Shown piece by piece: positions 1 through 14,108 of a DNA stretch of 64,000 nt. This stretch comes from Malacoraja senta (taxonomy: Eukaryota), in NCBI GenBank assembly GCA_038087875.1, contig CM075986.1, positions 13,144,001 to 13,208,000 of the forward strand, read 5' to 3'. Position numbers and translations under genes: made by a program. The notes under the pieces are model-generated. The model was not told the DNA's origin, searched no databases, and saw only the letters and a program-made list of their open reading frames with translations. Position 1 is the stretch's first letter; every line of letters starts with the position of its first letter.

Positions 1-2384
1 GTTTCATTTTTCAGCGATATGACCTCTACTTTCATAAGCCAAGAAGTACCATTTAATGCTTTTTGTTTTTTCCATACTTTCAACTTTTTGGTAGGTTCTT
101 CATCAAGTTTTTCTCTAACCTTGGATTCATTTTCCATATCTCTATTACTGTAACTAGCCACGATCAATTGTTTTATGCTAATAAACCACTATTCCTTCAA
201 AGATCTAAGTCCCAGCATATCCCTGGATTTCAATGCTGTTTTCTTATGATAGGGCACTCATTCTAAACTTATTGTTCCTTGCAAACATTTAAAAAATCAC
301 TACTTCTTATAATCCTTACTGCAGTGAAATTAAGATTCCTTACAATATCCCATTGTAATTGACTTTTCCGCAGATCCTAGAAAGAATGCTTAGACTTTTC
401 TCTATTCAGTCTTCTTTCAGCAACTAAAGCCCCTGTCCCACTTAAGCTCTTGATTCAAGTTGGTGCTTTTAGTTTTTCAGTCCAACCATTTTTGAAAAAT
501 GACTTGACTGATCAATAAATGACTATTCCTAAGTTTCTCACATTAGTGTTGCTTTAAACGCAACCAATAATTACACTGGATCTGGCCAAAAATCTCTATC
601 ACAACATTTTTATTAAAACATGATAGAGAATTAAAAATAATTTGATGATCACTTTAATAAAATCAGTCCATTTTTGGAAGATTCATAGGTAAAATATTTT
701 TTAAGATAAGACTGTGGCCAATAATGCTGTCTGGTTTCATTGATTATTTGAAGTTGCAATTTAATATCTGATGACTTCATCAACTTTGCATTAAATTTGG
801 GGAGAATGCAATCTTCTAAAAGTATATGAGGTTGGGCTTAGTGACCTGGATCCAGTTTTTGATATTACTTTTCCTCAATCCCGGTTTATGTTAAGGTCAC
901 CAATTCTACTTGAACACTATTGTTGTTAGCAAAGTAGATTAAAGAAAATCCCCAAGTAATCTCTGACATCAGTGAATTTCATGCTGCAATTATGATATGA
1001 AAGGTTAAATATCCTAAATATATTGCCAAAAAAATATTATGTAAAATATAGATTACATTTTTATTTTCAAATGAATGAAATTATTGTGCCATTAATTAAG
1101 AGCTTATGACAAAGATTTTGAATAACACATGGACTAGATCTTCCTGGGCTGGTGAACCTACCCACAATCTCCATAAACTTGTAATGTTGCAGAGGATCTA
1201 CCTTGCTGATCAAAATCATTCCATACTTCACTAAAAGGGGTCTGAACATTTGGAGGGTTTTCAGAAGTATGATGAAGAAGCCCCATCTGTGAAATGACCT
1301 CTAGGTGAAGCACAATGCCTCTTTTTCCACATCTTACAGTTTCCTGCTTTGCTTGGCTACATGTGAAGTCCCCAGACCACAGACCATTCACAGATAAATC
1401 CTGAAACCAGTGCTCCTCATAACCAATCTCCTGACCAGCATTCACAATGCTGGCTTCTCCCTCTCCGGCTCCTGACCAACCTTCCTCACACCATTGACTT
1501 TAGATAGCTTCCACCCTCCAATGCCTCACTCAGCCCAATTCCTTAACACCCACCTACATGCACGGTTCAAATGGCCAATGCTAGACCAGGCTTGTGGATA
1601 ACCTCTGAATATGGGCTTGGAGAACGATATTAGATCATCTTTATGGTACATGGGAATTTCAAGGCCAGGTTTCTTACTTGGATGAATCAAACTTTGGATC
1701 TTATTGGAAGATGTTAGAAAAGAACTCTATAGCACATTATCAGAATCATACATCCTGCATCAAATACTGCTAAATTGGAGTCGAGTAATCTGGATTTATG
1801 GAAATGTGAAACTTTGAGTTTCCTTTCAAAACTTAGACAAGGCACTGGTTTAGCACTGGTTTAGAAAGTAAAATATTACTTTGTAAGGTGACCAAGAAGT
1901 TGTTGAATTGTTATAAAAGGCAATTTGTTTTAACAGCAAGATCAGGGATGAAAATCTGTTGGACACTGGAGGTTAATAATTTGACACTTGAACCAAAGAG
2001 AATGTCTTCTTGTTTGCATTCCTTTTGCATTTGTTTGCTTGTTCTGTTTGAATTGTGAACTTTGTGATTAAGAAAAGACTGTATTTAATGGCATTGGTCT
2101 ACTGACGAATAAATCCCCTGTTAGAATGCTAAAATGTGTTCAAATAAATACAAATTAATAAAACAACATAGTGGGCACACAAAGTTCATATCTAAGGCTG
2201 TACATACCGGCAAAATGTGGCAAGACAAAATGTTTGACTGCCTTATCCTGCAGACAAATAAATTGCAGCACTTTCTTCCTTTGACATCAAGTTCAACATT
2301 CATCAGTTGCAGTTAAACTAGTAATAAATAAGTTAATTGGGATGAAACAAAATTGCTAAATAGGTACAATGAAAGAAAATCAAA

Positions 2385-2462
2385 TAACTGCAGATGCTGA
2401 AAATCTGAAATGAAAATCCAAGTGAAGAGAAAACATTAACATTTCAGATCAAAGACCCTTTA
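2385..2462 (-). repeat. Degraded Penelope-terminus (pLTR)-like short repeat
   Basis: AACTGCAGATGCTG start and ACATTTCAG..AGACCCTT resemble the better-preserved copies at 16320, 28740 and 37600. Confidence 0.45.
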
Positions 2463-3760
2463 AATAGGCATAGAAGTTGGTAATGGAACTGGATGAGAGA
2501 AGGATTGCTATGAAAGTTGTTGGAATCGTTACACGCATTTTCTGCATATCTGCTTTTACCCAACCACTCGTTGATCATCCATAATGATGTGGCATCTATG
2601 ACTCACTGGACAAGACAACCACAAAGATCAAAAACTCTTCGAAAGCAGTTCCTTCATTTATCGGTCTTATGTGGCAACCCCTTACCCTGAGGAGATACCC
2701 TCTCATTCCAATTTTCCTACACCAGGAGGAATAAACTATGTTTATTTACTGTATTTCACCCCTCAGACTCTTCTATGAGATTACCTATCATTCTTCTAAG
2801 TTCTTCAATCTTCTCCCCTTATCACATTAGCTGCACAAGTAGCAGTGCACCCATCCTTTTTTTGGTACTCTATACTTTTCAAGAAACTTGTTCTAATTTT
2901 TGTGGGTATATGTTGTTAAAGAATAATGATGACAGGTTGCTGTATAAAGAACTCTCCTTCGCCACTGGAACATTGGATTTAGGGTAAATGAGCCATATCT
3001 GCCAAACAGCATTCACAGTAATGAAGCTGAGAAAAACCCAGCATGTGTTTTCAGCAGATAATCTAATCTTTCTAATTATCCCAGGGAAAGCTTTTCTTGT
3101 TTTAACTGTTATTTTGGTGCAGTGGGCCGGGTTTCAGCAGATTTGTAATGATCAGTAATGAAATCAATCAACATTTATCTATCTAAGCCACTGCAAGGAG
3201 TAATTTTGCAGGAAAGAAGTACATTTGCCGATTCAAAAATGTCTGTGTTCTAATATCTTTTACATTTGTACTTTTGTTGTTGTTTGTTGAAGGTCTGTGT
3301 TCTTGACCCATTTTAACCTCAAGCAAACTTGTTTTAATTTAAACACCCCTAAATGCACATCAGTTCATGCTTCCCTCTTACAGCATTTAAAAGCATTTGT
3401 CAGAGAGGGCCAGACTTCATTAGTCATCTCTTCTCCTAATCTTACCCCTAGCATAACTACTATCCCTTGTGAAGTTGTTCTTTCTATCATCCTCGTGCTC
3501 TGATATATTTTCCTTTTTTTCTCAATCATGGTTTCCCCTTCAGAGTAAATGGGAATCTCAACTGTAATTGATCAATCTCCATATCTGCTCTAATTCCACG
3601 CAGAACAAAGATAGTTTCCCTTATCCCCCCCTTCCACACCACCAGATGCCACTTTCAACATTGTCTTCCGTAATTTTTCAATGTGAAAGCATCGCCATTT
3701 CTTCCCACTGTCCATCTGAAGTAATAATTTACTTAATACTTCCAATTTAATAAATTTCAT

Positions 3761-3890
3761 TCATAGAGTCATACAGCATGGAAACAGGCCCTTCGGCCCA
3801 ACTTTCCCTCACCAACCAACATGTCCCATCTACATTAGTTGCACCTGCCTGTATTTGGCTCATATCCCTCGAAACCTATTCTATCCACAT
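3761..3890 (-). mobile_element. CR1/HER1-type LINE 3' end fragment
   Basis: CATAGAGTCATACAGCATGGAAACAGGCCCTTCGGCCC, reverse complement of the common 3' end also seen at 57385 and 15840-15890. Confidence 0.7.
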
Positions 3891-4056
3891 ACGAGAATCT
3901 ATTTGTTTCTCTTGATGAGCCTCCTGTGCACTGGGGAAGAAACACTTTAAGGGTTACCATCATGCATTCAGTTACACGGTTCCTGTCACTTTAATTCTCC
4001 ATCCTACCTGTGCACAAAACATTCTACCTTTGGCCTCCCATGCTATTTCTAACAAT

Positions 4057-4181
4057 GTGGAGTCAAGGGATATGGGGAGAAGGCAGGCACGGGTTATTGA
4101 TAGGGGACGATCAGTCATGATCACAATGAATGGCGGTGCTGGCTTGAAGGGCCGAATGGCCTCCTCCACCTATTTTCTATG
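4057..4181 (+). mobile_element. CR1 LINE 3' end (end of RT plus 3' UTR)
   Basis: GVKGYGEKAGTGY* followed by GAAGGGCCGAATGGCCT..CTATTTTCTATG; close to 32085-32205. Confidence 0.85.
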
Positions 4182-4397
4182 AATGTTCTGTGTAAATTTA
4201 AGGGAAAGCGTCACATCTTCTGAGTAAGCACAGTATAGCCTACTGGACTCGAATAAATTCAACAACTTCAGATGACCTCCTGCAGACATACTATTGGTTA
4301 TTCTCCTACCCACTTCCTTTCAGCTGTTTCCTTTTGTATTTTCACTCCTCATGCTTTCTCTGGAATTTAAAAAAAAATTATCTCTAGGTTTTCCCAA

Positions 4398-4500
4398 TTC
4401 TGACCAAAGGTTATCAACCTGAAATGCTAAATCCGTTTCTCACTCCACAGATGCTGTTTATTTACAGCACTTTGCTTTTTGACTAGCAGTATTTTGTTTC
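4398..4500 (+). repeat. Old Penelope-terminus-like repeat with decayed hammerhead-like core
   Basis: TTCTGACCAAAGGTTATCAACCTGAAATG...CTCCACAGATGCTG. Confidence 0.45.
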
Positions 4501-5349
4501 TAAATAACTAACTGTATCAAATGGATGGCTTCTACAGATCAATAATTTATTTTTGTAATAATGTTCCCTTGTATAATTAAAAATATTTGTTTAGTTATTT
4601 AAATTGTTCAAAAAATATGTAATCATCTGTCACTAAATTCTCTTGAACCAAAGGAGATTTAATGATAGGTTAGTTGTTAAACAAAATGCCCCTTTTCTGG
4701 GGTCTGGAAAAAAGTTCTTCTACAACAGGCTCAACAGCAGGTACCTGCTGTGAACTTAGTTGAAGGGAAATGGCTGCACATTCACAAACAAACAGGAAAG
4801 TAGAAGACAATGGTCCTAAATAAGGGAAGTGCTCAAAGAAACAGTTTTTTTAAGGAAACCCTTTCTTTGTATTTCTCTTTCCCACAAACTACTTCATTGA
4901 TCAATGGACTTCCGCTTTAACCCGCAGCTGACAAACATCCTTATACCCTTTACTTTGCAGCCCTTTCCATTGTAAATCAACATCGTCAGAAAATTTTCAG
5001 TTCCGTAAATAGAAATTAAATTCACACTTGTATTTATGAAGGGAACAACTGAAGAATGTGTCTTTATTGACCACAATTAAACTGTGCTTAAAGCAACTCT
5101 AAGAACTCTCAAGGTGCTTGATCATCCAGGGCAGTGCATTTTGCTTCATTTGCACCCTTTGCATCTCTTCAAGCATTAACTTCCATTGCACTGCAGCTGC
5201 AGTCTGCAGAGCCGCAACTTGTGAAATGTTTTCAGCAGCATTTCCTTCATCTGTGAATTCTCTTAACCTAGAATAATAAGAGAGTAGGCATAAAGTAACA
5301 TTCAGCGCCTGCATTGCCTTCAGGTTCCAGATTCCATACTAATCTAATA

Positions 5350-6250
5350 GAAGAATATTTCAGGAACAAGCCCTTCAGCCCACAGCATCTGTGCTGAACA
5401 TGGTGCCAAGTTAAACAAATCTTCTCTGCCTCCTCGATCCACATCCCTCCATTCCCTGCATATTCATGTGCCTATCTAAAAGCTTCTAAAACAGCACTCT
5501 CATGTCTGTTTTCACCACCACACCTCAGTGCTTTCCAGGTACCCACCACTCTTTGTTTAAGAAAAAATGTCCTTGCAGATCTTCTTTAAACTTTGCCCTT
5601 CTGACCATAAAGCCATGCCCTCTGGTATTTGACATTTCCATCCTGGGAAAACTGTTCTGACTTACCAATGCCTCTCATAATTTCATATACTTATTATCAG
5701 CCTCTGATGCTTCAGAGAAAACAACCCAAGTTTGCCCAACTTCTCCTTATAGCTAATACCCACTATTCCAGGTAGCATTCTGGTAAACCTCCTCTGCACC
5801 CTCTCCAAGGCCTTCATATCCTACCAGTAATGGGGTGACCAGAACTGAATGCAGAACTCCAAATGTGGCCGAACCAAAGTAAAAAAAACCTGTAACATGA
5901 TGTATGTGACTCTCATACGCTATGGTCTGACCTATTAAGGCAAGCACACCATGTGCCTTCTTTACCACTCTGTCTAACTGGGTGTTGCCACATTCAGGGA
6001 GCTATGGACTTGAACCCCAAGATCCCACACGACATCAATGCTATTGAGGGTCTTGCCATTAACTGTATACTTTCCCCTTACATTCGACTTCCCAAATTGC
6101 AACATTCACACTTCTCAGAGTTAACACCATCTAACATTTCTCGGTCCATATCTGTAACTGATCCATACCCTGCTGTATTCTTTGCCAACCTTCTTCACTA
6201 TCCACAACTCCACCAATCTTTGTGTTACCTGCAAACCTACTAACTAATCC
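5350..6250 (-). mobile_element. Degraded CR1 LINE, RT C-terminal half plus 3' UTR
   Basis: Minus ORF 5753-5968 MVKKAHGVLALIGQ (CR1 VKKAxGMLAFI motif); CECCNLG/KCEV-like remnant near 6100; 3' UTR GGGCTGAAGGGCTTGTTCC. Confidence 0.85.
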
Positions 6251-8875
6251 TCCTCAGCAACGGGTCCATTACAAATGGGTTGCTAAGTTGTAATAAGCAA
6301 TGAAGTATTATTGAAAATGGCAGCACTGGAGGAATTTGGCATAGGCAGTAAGTGCTTGTCTTGTCAATTATATCAATAACTGCATATAAAATCAGAAATG
6401 GCCTTGAAAGTTAAGACCCATGCTGAAACGAGTGGCAGTATTGAGTGTTCAATCTGGCAGCAATTTTTGATATTATTGTTTATGTATCAGTCACGTTCAT
6501 TGAAAATATTTAATGCCAATTTCTGTTAACTACCATGAAGCACATTATGTGAATTGGTGGGTAGATAATTTTACGAGGTGATTTTTAAGAAGGGAGCATT
6601 GTTTTATTTCTTGCATCCAACATGTTACATTTCATTATTGTTTAACACATTTTCAAATGCAAAACTCGTTAAATACTCACCCTTTGGATATGAACCGGTC
6701 ACAGTAACTGTTGTAATCCATCCCTTCTTAAATAGCTGATCTCGTCCTCCAGGATACTAGTAGCACATGCTCCCTGAAACATCCAGCACTGTGAGATTCG
6801 TGCAGTCTGCCATTGTTGTTGGCTTCTCTAGAAGAAGATTGATTTGTAATCTAAGTAAGCTGGAGCTGCTTATATGAAATGAGCCAAAGACTGTTCCAAA
6901 TCTTTGTTGCATACAGACTTCAGGCACGTGCAGAGAATAGATAATTGCTTCATAAAAGATGTAATAAATCTATGTGGAGAGGGAAGTGTAGTCTACAATG
7001 GATGTAGAACCAAGCTTACTCAGTAAATCTCTTGGAAAGATTTCCATTTGGCCACATGATGGATCTTTTAAAGCAAATATATATTTAGGAAAGGGAATTA
7101 TTCTTGAGCAACAGTCAATTTTCTATTATGATAGGGTCTAGCCTTGAAGTCTGTACTTAGATTCCTCATCCCATCGCTATGGCACCACGGTTTGTACATG
7201 AACACACATACTTTAATATCGGCATGCTATTCCTCCTTATAATACAGGGTATGTCTTCGATTCAGAAAGAATAGGGGGGTTGTACCAAATTTCCTTCACA
7301 ATCTCCACAATAAATGGTCTAATTGTTGTCATTTTGTTGTTTGTGAGAGCTTTACATCACATAAATTGACTGTCACACTACCTTCATTTAAAAATGATTA
7401 CAGAGCAGAGTATGTAGTTGGCTGTTGAGTACTATTGAACAACCTGAGGTCAAAAAAGATACCTTGTACATGTATTTTTAGCAGTTTGGTGAGCTGGAGA
7501 ATTCCATGAATAGGGTGAAGCGGTTTCCCTGAACCACGCAGCACTTGGAACATGGTATGTAGTGGGTCTATACCAGGAAATACCTTGAGAATAAAGCTAC
7601 CAAATTCTCTTGGACAAGCTCAGTTGGGGGAGGAAAGGTGTTGATTTTGAACAGTGGGTTATTGTGCTAAATCCAGTGTTCCAGCATAAAACATGATGTT
7701 GTAGACAAGTGAAGTTGGATGGTATAACAACATGACGGTACAAAGGAACCTGTTGATATGACCAGATTCTTAAAACTGGGTAGTTTAGATTAGGTAGCAG
7801 TATTCCCTATAAAAGGAAAGTATTTTTACACCTCGTCGATGATGGTGACCTATAAAATATTGAAACCATTGTTTTACTGTTCATTTTCAACACATAGTTA
7901 ATTTATTATTGCTGAAATAAATGAAGCTGGCACTGAGTCTGCTACGCAAATTAAATAGACATATTTCTTAATCATTGTTGTATACCTTTTCAGAAATTTA
8001 TAGTAGGAATGATAGCTATGTTGCACCTGTCAATGCAAACATATTGGCAGGCTCACACCTCTACGGCCTGTTAAATCAATCTTAACAGACCTTGTCTTAT
8101 CTTTCAAACATAGGCTGTATCCCCGTTCAGTGCAATGTTTAATTTCTAGTGTTATGCACATACATCCTGTTGATGCTTCGATTTGACATAATACCATTTT
8201 CTCTTCACTCCCTCCAGAAGTAAATATTCAGCTTGGTATGATTGCAGTGCCAGCAAGGCCTGCAGCAACAAAGCACAGGATTTGTTGCCATAGAAACAAT
8301 ATTAGCATCTGAATGATGCCATGTCAGAAAAATCAAGCTGGTGACTTAATGTGTACTGCTTGGGACCTACAATCACTCAATATTTACATGTTTTTGTCTT
8401 CTCGGTTTCTTACCACTGTCCCGTTATTCCAACTGCCTCCTTCATTGTAGGCCTCCATTTCTTACAAAGATCCAGATCCGTGGCTAGTGAGCATGCTTTG
8501 GTGCTTCATCCTAGTGGTCTTTTATAATTTATGAGACCATGCAATAGGTGGTGTAAGGCCATTCACCATGGTACACATCATAGCTGATTTTTATCATGTG
8601 CTCACTGAACCAATTTGAACAGGAATGTTGTTTTTAAATAGTGGGAAGACATTTGGAAATGCATTTCAATTTTAATCCATAGTAGTAAATTCTGGAAGAA
8701 AAATTGAAATAATACTTAAAGATATCAAAGTATGACAACTATTAACTGATAGCCAAAATAAAAGAAAATACAGTTTGACAGTTTTGCAAATGATGTTGAA
8801 TACAAAAATAAGGAGATAACATGAACAGGATATTATTTGTTAAAATGGACTTTGGGAAATCCTTTCTTGAAGACA

Positions 8876-9152
8876 GGGCGGTACGGTGGCGTAGCAGTAG
8901 AGCTGCTGCCTTACAACGCCAGAGACCCAGGTTCGATCCTGACTACGGGTGCTGCCTATATGCAGTTTGTACGTTCTCCCCATGCCCTGCGTGGGTTTCC
9001 TCACACACTCCAAAGACGTGCAGGTTAATTGGCTTGGTATAAATGTAAATTGTTCCTGGTGTGTGTAGGATGGTGCGAGTGTGCAGGAATTGCTGGTCGG
9101 TGCGGATTCGGTGAGCCAAGGGGCCTGTTTCTGCACTGTATCTCTAAACTAA
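8876..9152 (+). mobile_element. tRNA-derived SINE (HE1/V-SINE type)
   Basis: A-box GGTGGCGTAGCAG, B-box GGTTCGATCC, central GTTTGTACGTTCTCCCC..GTGGGTTTCCTC domain, CR1-like tail GGGCCTGTTTCTGCACTGTATCTCTAAAC. Confidence 0.9.
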
Positions 9153-10468
9153 GCATAAGCGAAGTGCAAATAATTTCACCAATATTGTGATGTTATTGAG
9201 CTAACGAGAGAGTTGAAAACTTAAACGTTATCAATGGAGGAATGTATCTACCAATGGACAAATAACAAAGGGGCATAAAAACCAAAGTTAGTGCAGGAAA
9301 CCTAAAGGTTATATTTGGAAGAGCAATTGATGAAATAACAGAAGCATTAACTTTGAAGAGGGATTTGATCATTGGCCAGGAGTTTCATGAACGTTGTACA
9401 CTTACTCATAGAATATTTATTAGAATGTGAATGCATTGCAGCAAATATCTGACTGAACCAGAATTAATCACAGCATTCTACAGAATTAAATCCAAATTAG
9501 AAAGCACTTGGGAATTGTTAATATACTGGAAAGAAGCAATGAGGAATAAATAACCCTGGAGCAGAAGTGACTGAAATTGAAAATGTTCTTACTGTGTTGA
9601 TTATTTCTGATATTGAAGATAGTTCACTTCTGTAGTTGTATTTTATTCCGGTTTTTTTCACAGAATTGTGCTGCACAGTAGTTCAGATTATACACGGTGG
9701 TCCTTACACATCTGTTGCTTGATAGTTAATATAATCCACTGAAAATACGTTGAATAAATATGAAGATGTAAGAGACTTTTGAATGAGCAATTTCTACATG
9801 AACTGGAAAAAACAGCTAGAAATACTTACGCATTCCTATCTTCTTAATATATAGATTAATATGTCACAGTGTTCCATTCAGTGGTAGACCTTGTTTCAGA
9901 AGATTGATCACAGAGCATAACTACAGATACTAGCATTGTAACTTGCAATGTAGTAACTTAAAGGAAATTTGGATGTAAAAAAATTGCTGAGCATCGCTCA
10001 AATCTGAACTTTTCCCAAAATTATTATTGATTTTTGAAAATTCCAGTGGGCATGAAAGTAGCCTATTTTTAATTCAAAGTCACTGGATTCAAAATAATTA
10101 ACTGTTGATTTTTTTTCAATACTAGTTACACACCATTTTCATATTTTATGTATACATGAACTTAGAATTAACAAACAGTGTATTTCAATACCATGTAATA
10201 TCTATCTTAATGATAATGTTTTTACATATCACTTATGGTTAAAGGCCTTAAATTTTGATGCTGTGCATACCATCTAAAATTTGTGAGATTACACTTTAAC
10301 TAGAACCTAGGTAAATACATATTTACTCGTAGAATAATCTTAATAGCATAACTTTGTGACTTCCGTCATAAAACCTCTGTTCCATTAAAAAATTATTGCG
10401 CAGAATCTGGAATGAACTAACAACAGATTTGAAGACTGTGCATCAGTGTGTCAATGTGATGCTACCTC

Positions 10469-10775
10469 TTTAGTTTAGTTTAGTTTAGAGCACCTAAACA
10501 TGCCCTTCGGCCCACAGAGTCCACACCGACCAGCAATCCCTGCACACTAACATTATCCTACGCACACTAGGGACAATTTACTTTTATATCAAACCAATTA
10601 ACTTGCAAACCTGTACGTCCTTGAAATGTGGGAGGAAACTGATCTTGCAGAAAACCCATGTAGATCACTGGGAGAACGTACAAACTCCATACAGAAAAGC
10701 TCCCTTAGTCAGGATCGAACCCGGGTCTCTGGCGCTGTAAGGCAGTAGCTCTACCCCGATGCCACCATGCTGCCC
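10469..10775 (-). mobile_element. tRNA-derived SINE (HE1/V-SINE type)
   Basis: Reverse-complement paralog of 8876-9152; (CTAAA)n tail at 10469-10490; B-box seen as GGATCGAACCC on +. Confidence 0.9.
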
Positions 10776-11269
10776 ATGTGCCGAACACTTTTTGTATTCT
10801 GACAGAGTAAAGGAAATCTGTAGAAAGCAACCCATTCAATACTTCTTTATTTCAAATGAAAACAATCTAATTTGAAATTCCGTTAAGTAAACAAATGATG
10901 GGTGTATCACTTGTTTGTGCAAAGCAGATGCTGCGTCAATGATTAAGAAATTTCCTGGGAATATTGAGGAATTGTATTCCCTATACAACACCATAGCCAT
11001 ATTTACATTTGGTAAATAATGTGGATTTTAATTGCCACAATCCAGATTAGCTACATGAAATTAATATACTTCCACAAACAATTTCCTTTGACATGTTTGG
11101 CATTGGGGGTTACATTGGATATAATGTCTCAGTAGTACACAGAATCAGCAGTGCAAGGATGTAATATTATAAACTTGCAAATTATAATACCAGTAATTCT
11201 GTGCCTCATTGCATTCATATAAAAATCCATTAACACAGTTACAGGATAGAGCTGTCTAACAGTCCACAG

Positions 11270-11480
11270 ATTGCTCGGTTGTCATAAAGATGCATCTAAT
11301 TCACCAATGGCCTTTGTGAAGATGTGGCATTATATCCACTTCTACAACTCAAAACTAGGACTGTGTTAATGGATTTTTACTGTATATGGATGTAATGAGG
11401 CATTGGCTATATGTCACTCCAGACCTGCCACAATGTGGTTCACTCTTAACTGGTCTCTGAAATGGCCTGGCAAGCCATTT
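11270..11480 (+). mobile_element. 5'-region fragment of the tRNA-headed LINE family seen at 46165
   Basis: GATTGC..CATCTAATTCAC.. and CTCCAGACC..AATGTGGTTCACTCTTAACTGGTCTCTGAAATGGCC match 46325-46460. Confidence 0.55.
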
Positions 11481-11547
11481 AATTCTATCCAAAACTGTTA
11501 CAATAATTTATGGCAATAAAGCCAAATAGACCAAACAAAACTGTAAA

Positions 11548-11700
11548 AGGGATGGCACAATGACTGCTGCCACAGCTCCAGTGATCTTGGTTCAATTCTG
11601 ACCTCCAGCATTATCTTTGTGAAGATTGCACATTTTTACTGTGACTGTCTAACTTTCTTACTGGTGATAGATCCATCCATGTAATAACACGTGCTGTTTT
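11548..11700 (+). mobile_element. Degraded tRNA/V-SINE 5' part
   Basis: GGATGGCACAATG..CTGCTGCC..GGTTCAATTCTGACCTCC..GATTGCACATTTT, parallel to the 8876 copy. Confidence 0.55.
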
Positions 11701-12019
11701 GCTGCATAGAAGGATGAGGCTTAGCCAATGCGGGCAGCTCCCTTTTTCATACTTCCATAGAACATAACATTTCATCGTACCACCATATCTAATACTGTGC
11801 TTCTTTTTAAGATTATCATTATTGAAGATGGCAATTGCTTCTTGATGTAGAACACCCCTTCAGAGATGTTTCTGTAGGAAACTGCTTTGGTGCTGCTTCC
11901 ATATCAGTGGTTCCTTTTCTGACCAGAGTGCTGAAGTCCTAACAGATCCTCTTTTGTGAGCTCTTTATCACGGGGCTACAATAACTCCACAGTCACTTAA
12001 TAAATCTATGAAAATCTAA

Positions 12020-13100
12020 ATGGCAGTAATAATGGGGCAAGGATATGAGAGATGGTCTCCACATTAAGAAGAACCAAAAGCGAAGAGCTATTTTGAATCT
12101 AGTAATGTGCAACAGGAAATGGATTCCTGCAGGTTTCTAGTTGGGGTGTCTTCAAGGAAGAGTAATCGTAATATGACTGAATTTTATATAAAGATTGAAT
12201 TGAAAGTGATATGGTTCAGTCTGGAACCAGAGTCTTAAATCTATGGAAAACAAGTAACAAAAGTTTGACTATAGTAGATTGGAAAATCACCTTTAAAATA
12301 CACAACCAAATGTCTAACATTTAAAGTATTAAGACCTTTGTGATAAAAATATATATGTATATCCTTTTTAAGGCATAAAATGGATTTGGGGATATGGCCC
12401 AGTTTGGCTAATAAGAGAAGTTAAAGATATATTGGATCAAATAAAAATACTTATGATGTTGCCAAATATTATATATATAATAGTAAACCCGAGGCTTGGG
12501 AAATTTCAGAATTCTGCAAGGAAAGACCTAGAAATGGATAAGGAAACTATGCCATGAGAATAATCCATTGTGAAACAGATAAACAACCAGAAAAAGCTCT
12601 GTTGCTGTGTCAATTGGAAATGTGTAGCAAAAGTTAATGGTAGAGAAATCAAGCATTTATTTAGTCTGTCTTCATTCAAAAGACATGGAAAATGTTGTGG
12701 AAACAATAGAGAACAGTAGGTTGGGATTGAGGAGCTAAAATAAATTTGTATATTAAGATAAAAATAATGGAGACATTAATAGGACTGAAAGCCACTGAAT
12801 CCTCCAGACCTGAAGGGTTTGAAAGAGGTGGCTATGAAGATAACCGATCCACTGATTGATATCTTCTAAAATTCCACGAATGCTAAAACAGATTAGAAGA
12901 TAGCAAATTTAATGCCACATAAAGAGAGAGAGAAAATGCAGGAAACGAACCAGTTTGCCTGACAGTGGTAATGGGAACTTGTTGGAGTATTTTATTAAGG
13001 AAGTGTAGCATGGCAAATAGGATGTAATTATAGCTGTGGGAGTGAACCTGAACTTATGACAGATAAATGATGTTTGACAGATTTGTTAGAAATCTTGAAG
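12020..13100 (+). mobile_element. Heavily degraded CR1 ORF2 (EN-to-RT linker region)
   Basis: Collinear with 29720-30970: AVIMG, AILNLVMC, GLKA.ESSRP, CLTDLLE remnants with many stops. Confidence 0.7.
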
Positions 13101-13119
13101 TAACATAAAAATGGAGGAA

Positions 13120-13395
13120 AGAGGTGCAGGAACGGGCAATTCAACCCCATGAGACTGCTCTGCCATTCAACAAATTCATGGCTGATTAACTATCTCAGTA
13201 CTATTTTCCTTACATCTCTATATCCCTGGTTTCTCTAATATCAAGAAATCTATTGATCTATATTTTGAATGTAATCAGTACCTCAGCTTCCACAACTGTT
13301 TGGACAAAGAATTTCAACAATTCACAACCTTCTGAGTGAAGAAAGTTCATCTTGCTCCGGTGCTAAGTGGCCTACCCCTTTGTTTGAGATTGTGA
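13120..13395 (-). mobile_element. CR1 3' end
   Basis: CTGCCATTCAA..CATGGCTGAT..AGAATTTCAACAATTCACAACCTTCTGAGTGAAGAAAGTT, reverse of the FFTQRVVNLWNSL region. Confidence 0.75.
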
Positions 13396-13467
13396 TCATC
13401 TCCATCGTACATCCCCCCACATACTTCCTGATTTTTCTCAATTATACCTTGCCAAGGTCAGTACATC

Positions 13468-13550
13468 CAGTCAAACAAAGGGTCTCGACCCGAAACGACA
13501 CCGGTGCTGCCTATCCCGCTGAGTTACTCCAGCATTTTGTGTCTACCTTC
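13468..13550 (+). repeat. Penelope terminal fragment with partial hammerhead core
   Basis: AAGGGTCTCGACCCGAAACGAC..CCCGCTGAGTTACTCCAGCATTTTGTGTCTACCTTC; flanked by imperfect CAGTACATCC/CAGCATATCC. Confidence 0.7.
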
Positions 13551-13724
13551 AGCATATCCTTCCTGGGATCCATTGTCACTGTATACAAGGAATTGATCCG
13601 AGTTTATCAGAATGTTAATGAAATAGAAGACAAAATAATATCAACCCAGCAGAATAAATATTTGCATGTTACTATTTGCATCACATAGTTTTACGATCCT
13701 AGAAACAATTGAAGACAGATAAAA

Positions 13725-14108
13725 ACCTACCTGCTGGACATACAGTTCCTTTATTTAAGAAGGAAAGTGGAGAGAATCCAGCAAATTATAGGCTGGTAAA
13801 CCTCGCGACAACGGTAGGGAAGCTATTGGAGAGGATTCTTCAGGATAGTATTTACTATTTGGAAGAGAATAGGTTAATTATGGAAAGTCGGCATGGCTGA
13901 CATGTCACGTAACTTGCCTTGCCTTACTAATTTGATCAAGTTTTTTCAGGAGCTGATGAAGGTCATCAATGGGGGTAGGGCGGTGGATGTTGCCTACATG
14001 GAGTTTAGTAAAGCGGTTGATAAAGTCCCCCATGATAGGCTAATCTGGAGGATTAAGATGCACGAGATTGACAGTAACTTGGCCGTATGGATTCAGAACT
14101 GGCCTTCA
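13725..14108 (+). pseudogene. CR1 RT fragment
   Basis: VPLFKK..NPANYRLVNL..VGKLLERI and CLTNLIKFF..VDVAYMEFSKAVDKVPH in ORFs 13709 and 13893. Confidence 0.9.

Noticed and set aside
6681-6828. Minus-strand segment bounded by an acceptor-like TCTTCTTCTAG and a donor-like GG|GTGAGT
   Set aside because: All three frames contain stops. It could be a non-coding exon, but nothing else supports that.
8876-8950. tRNA-like A/B boxes
   Set aside because: SINE heads, not tRNA genes; no full cloverleaf.
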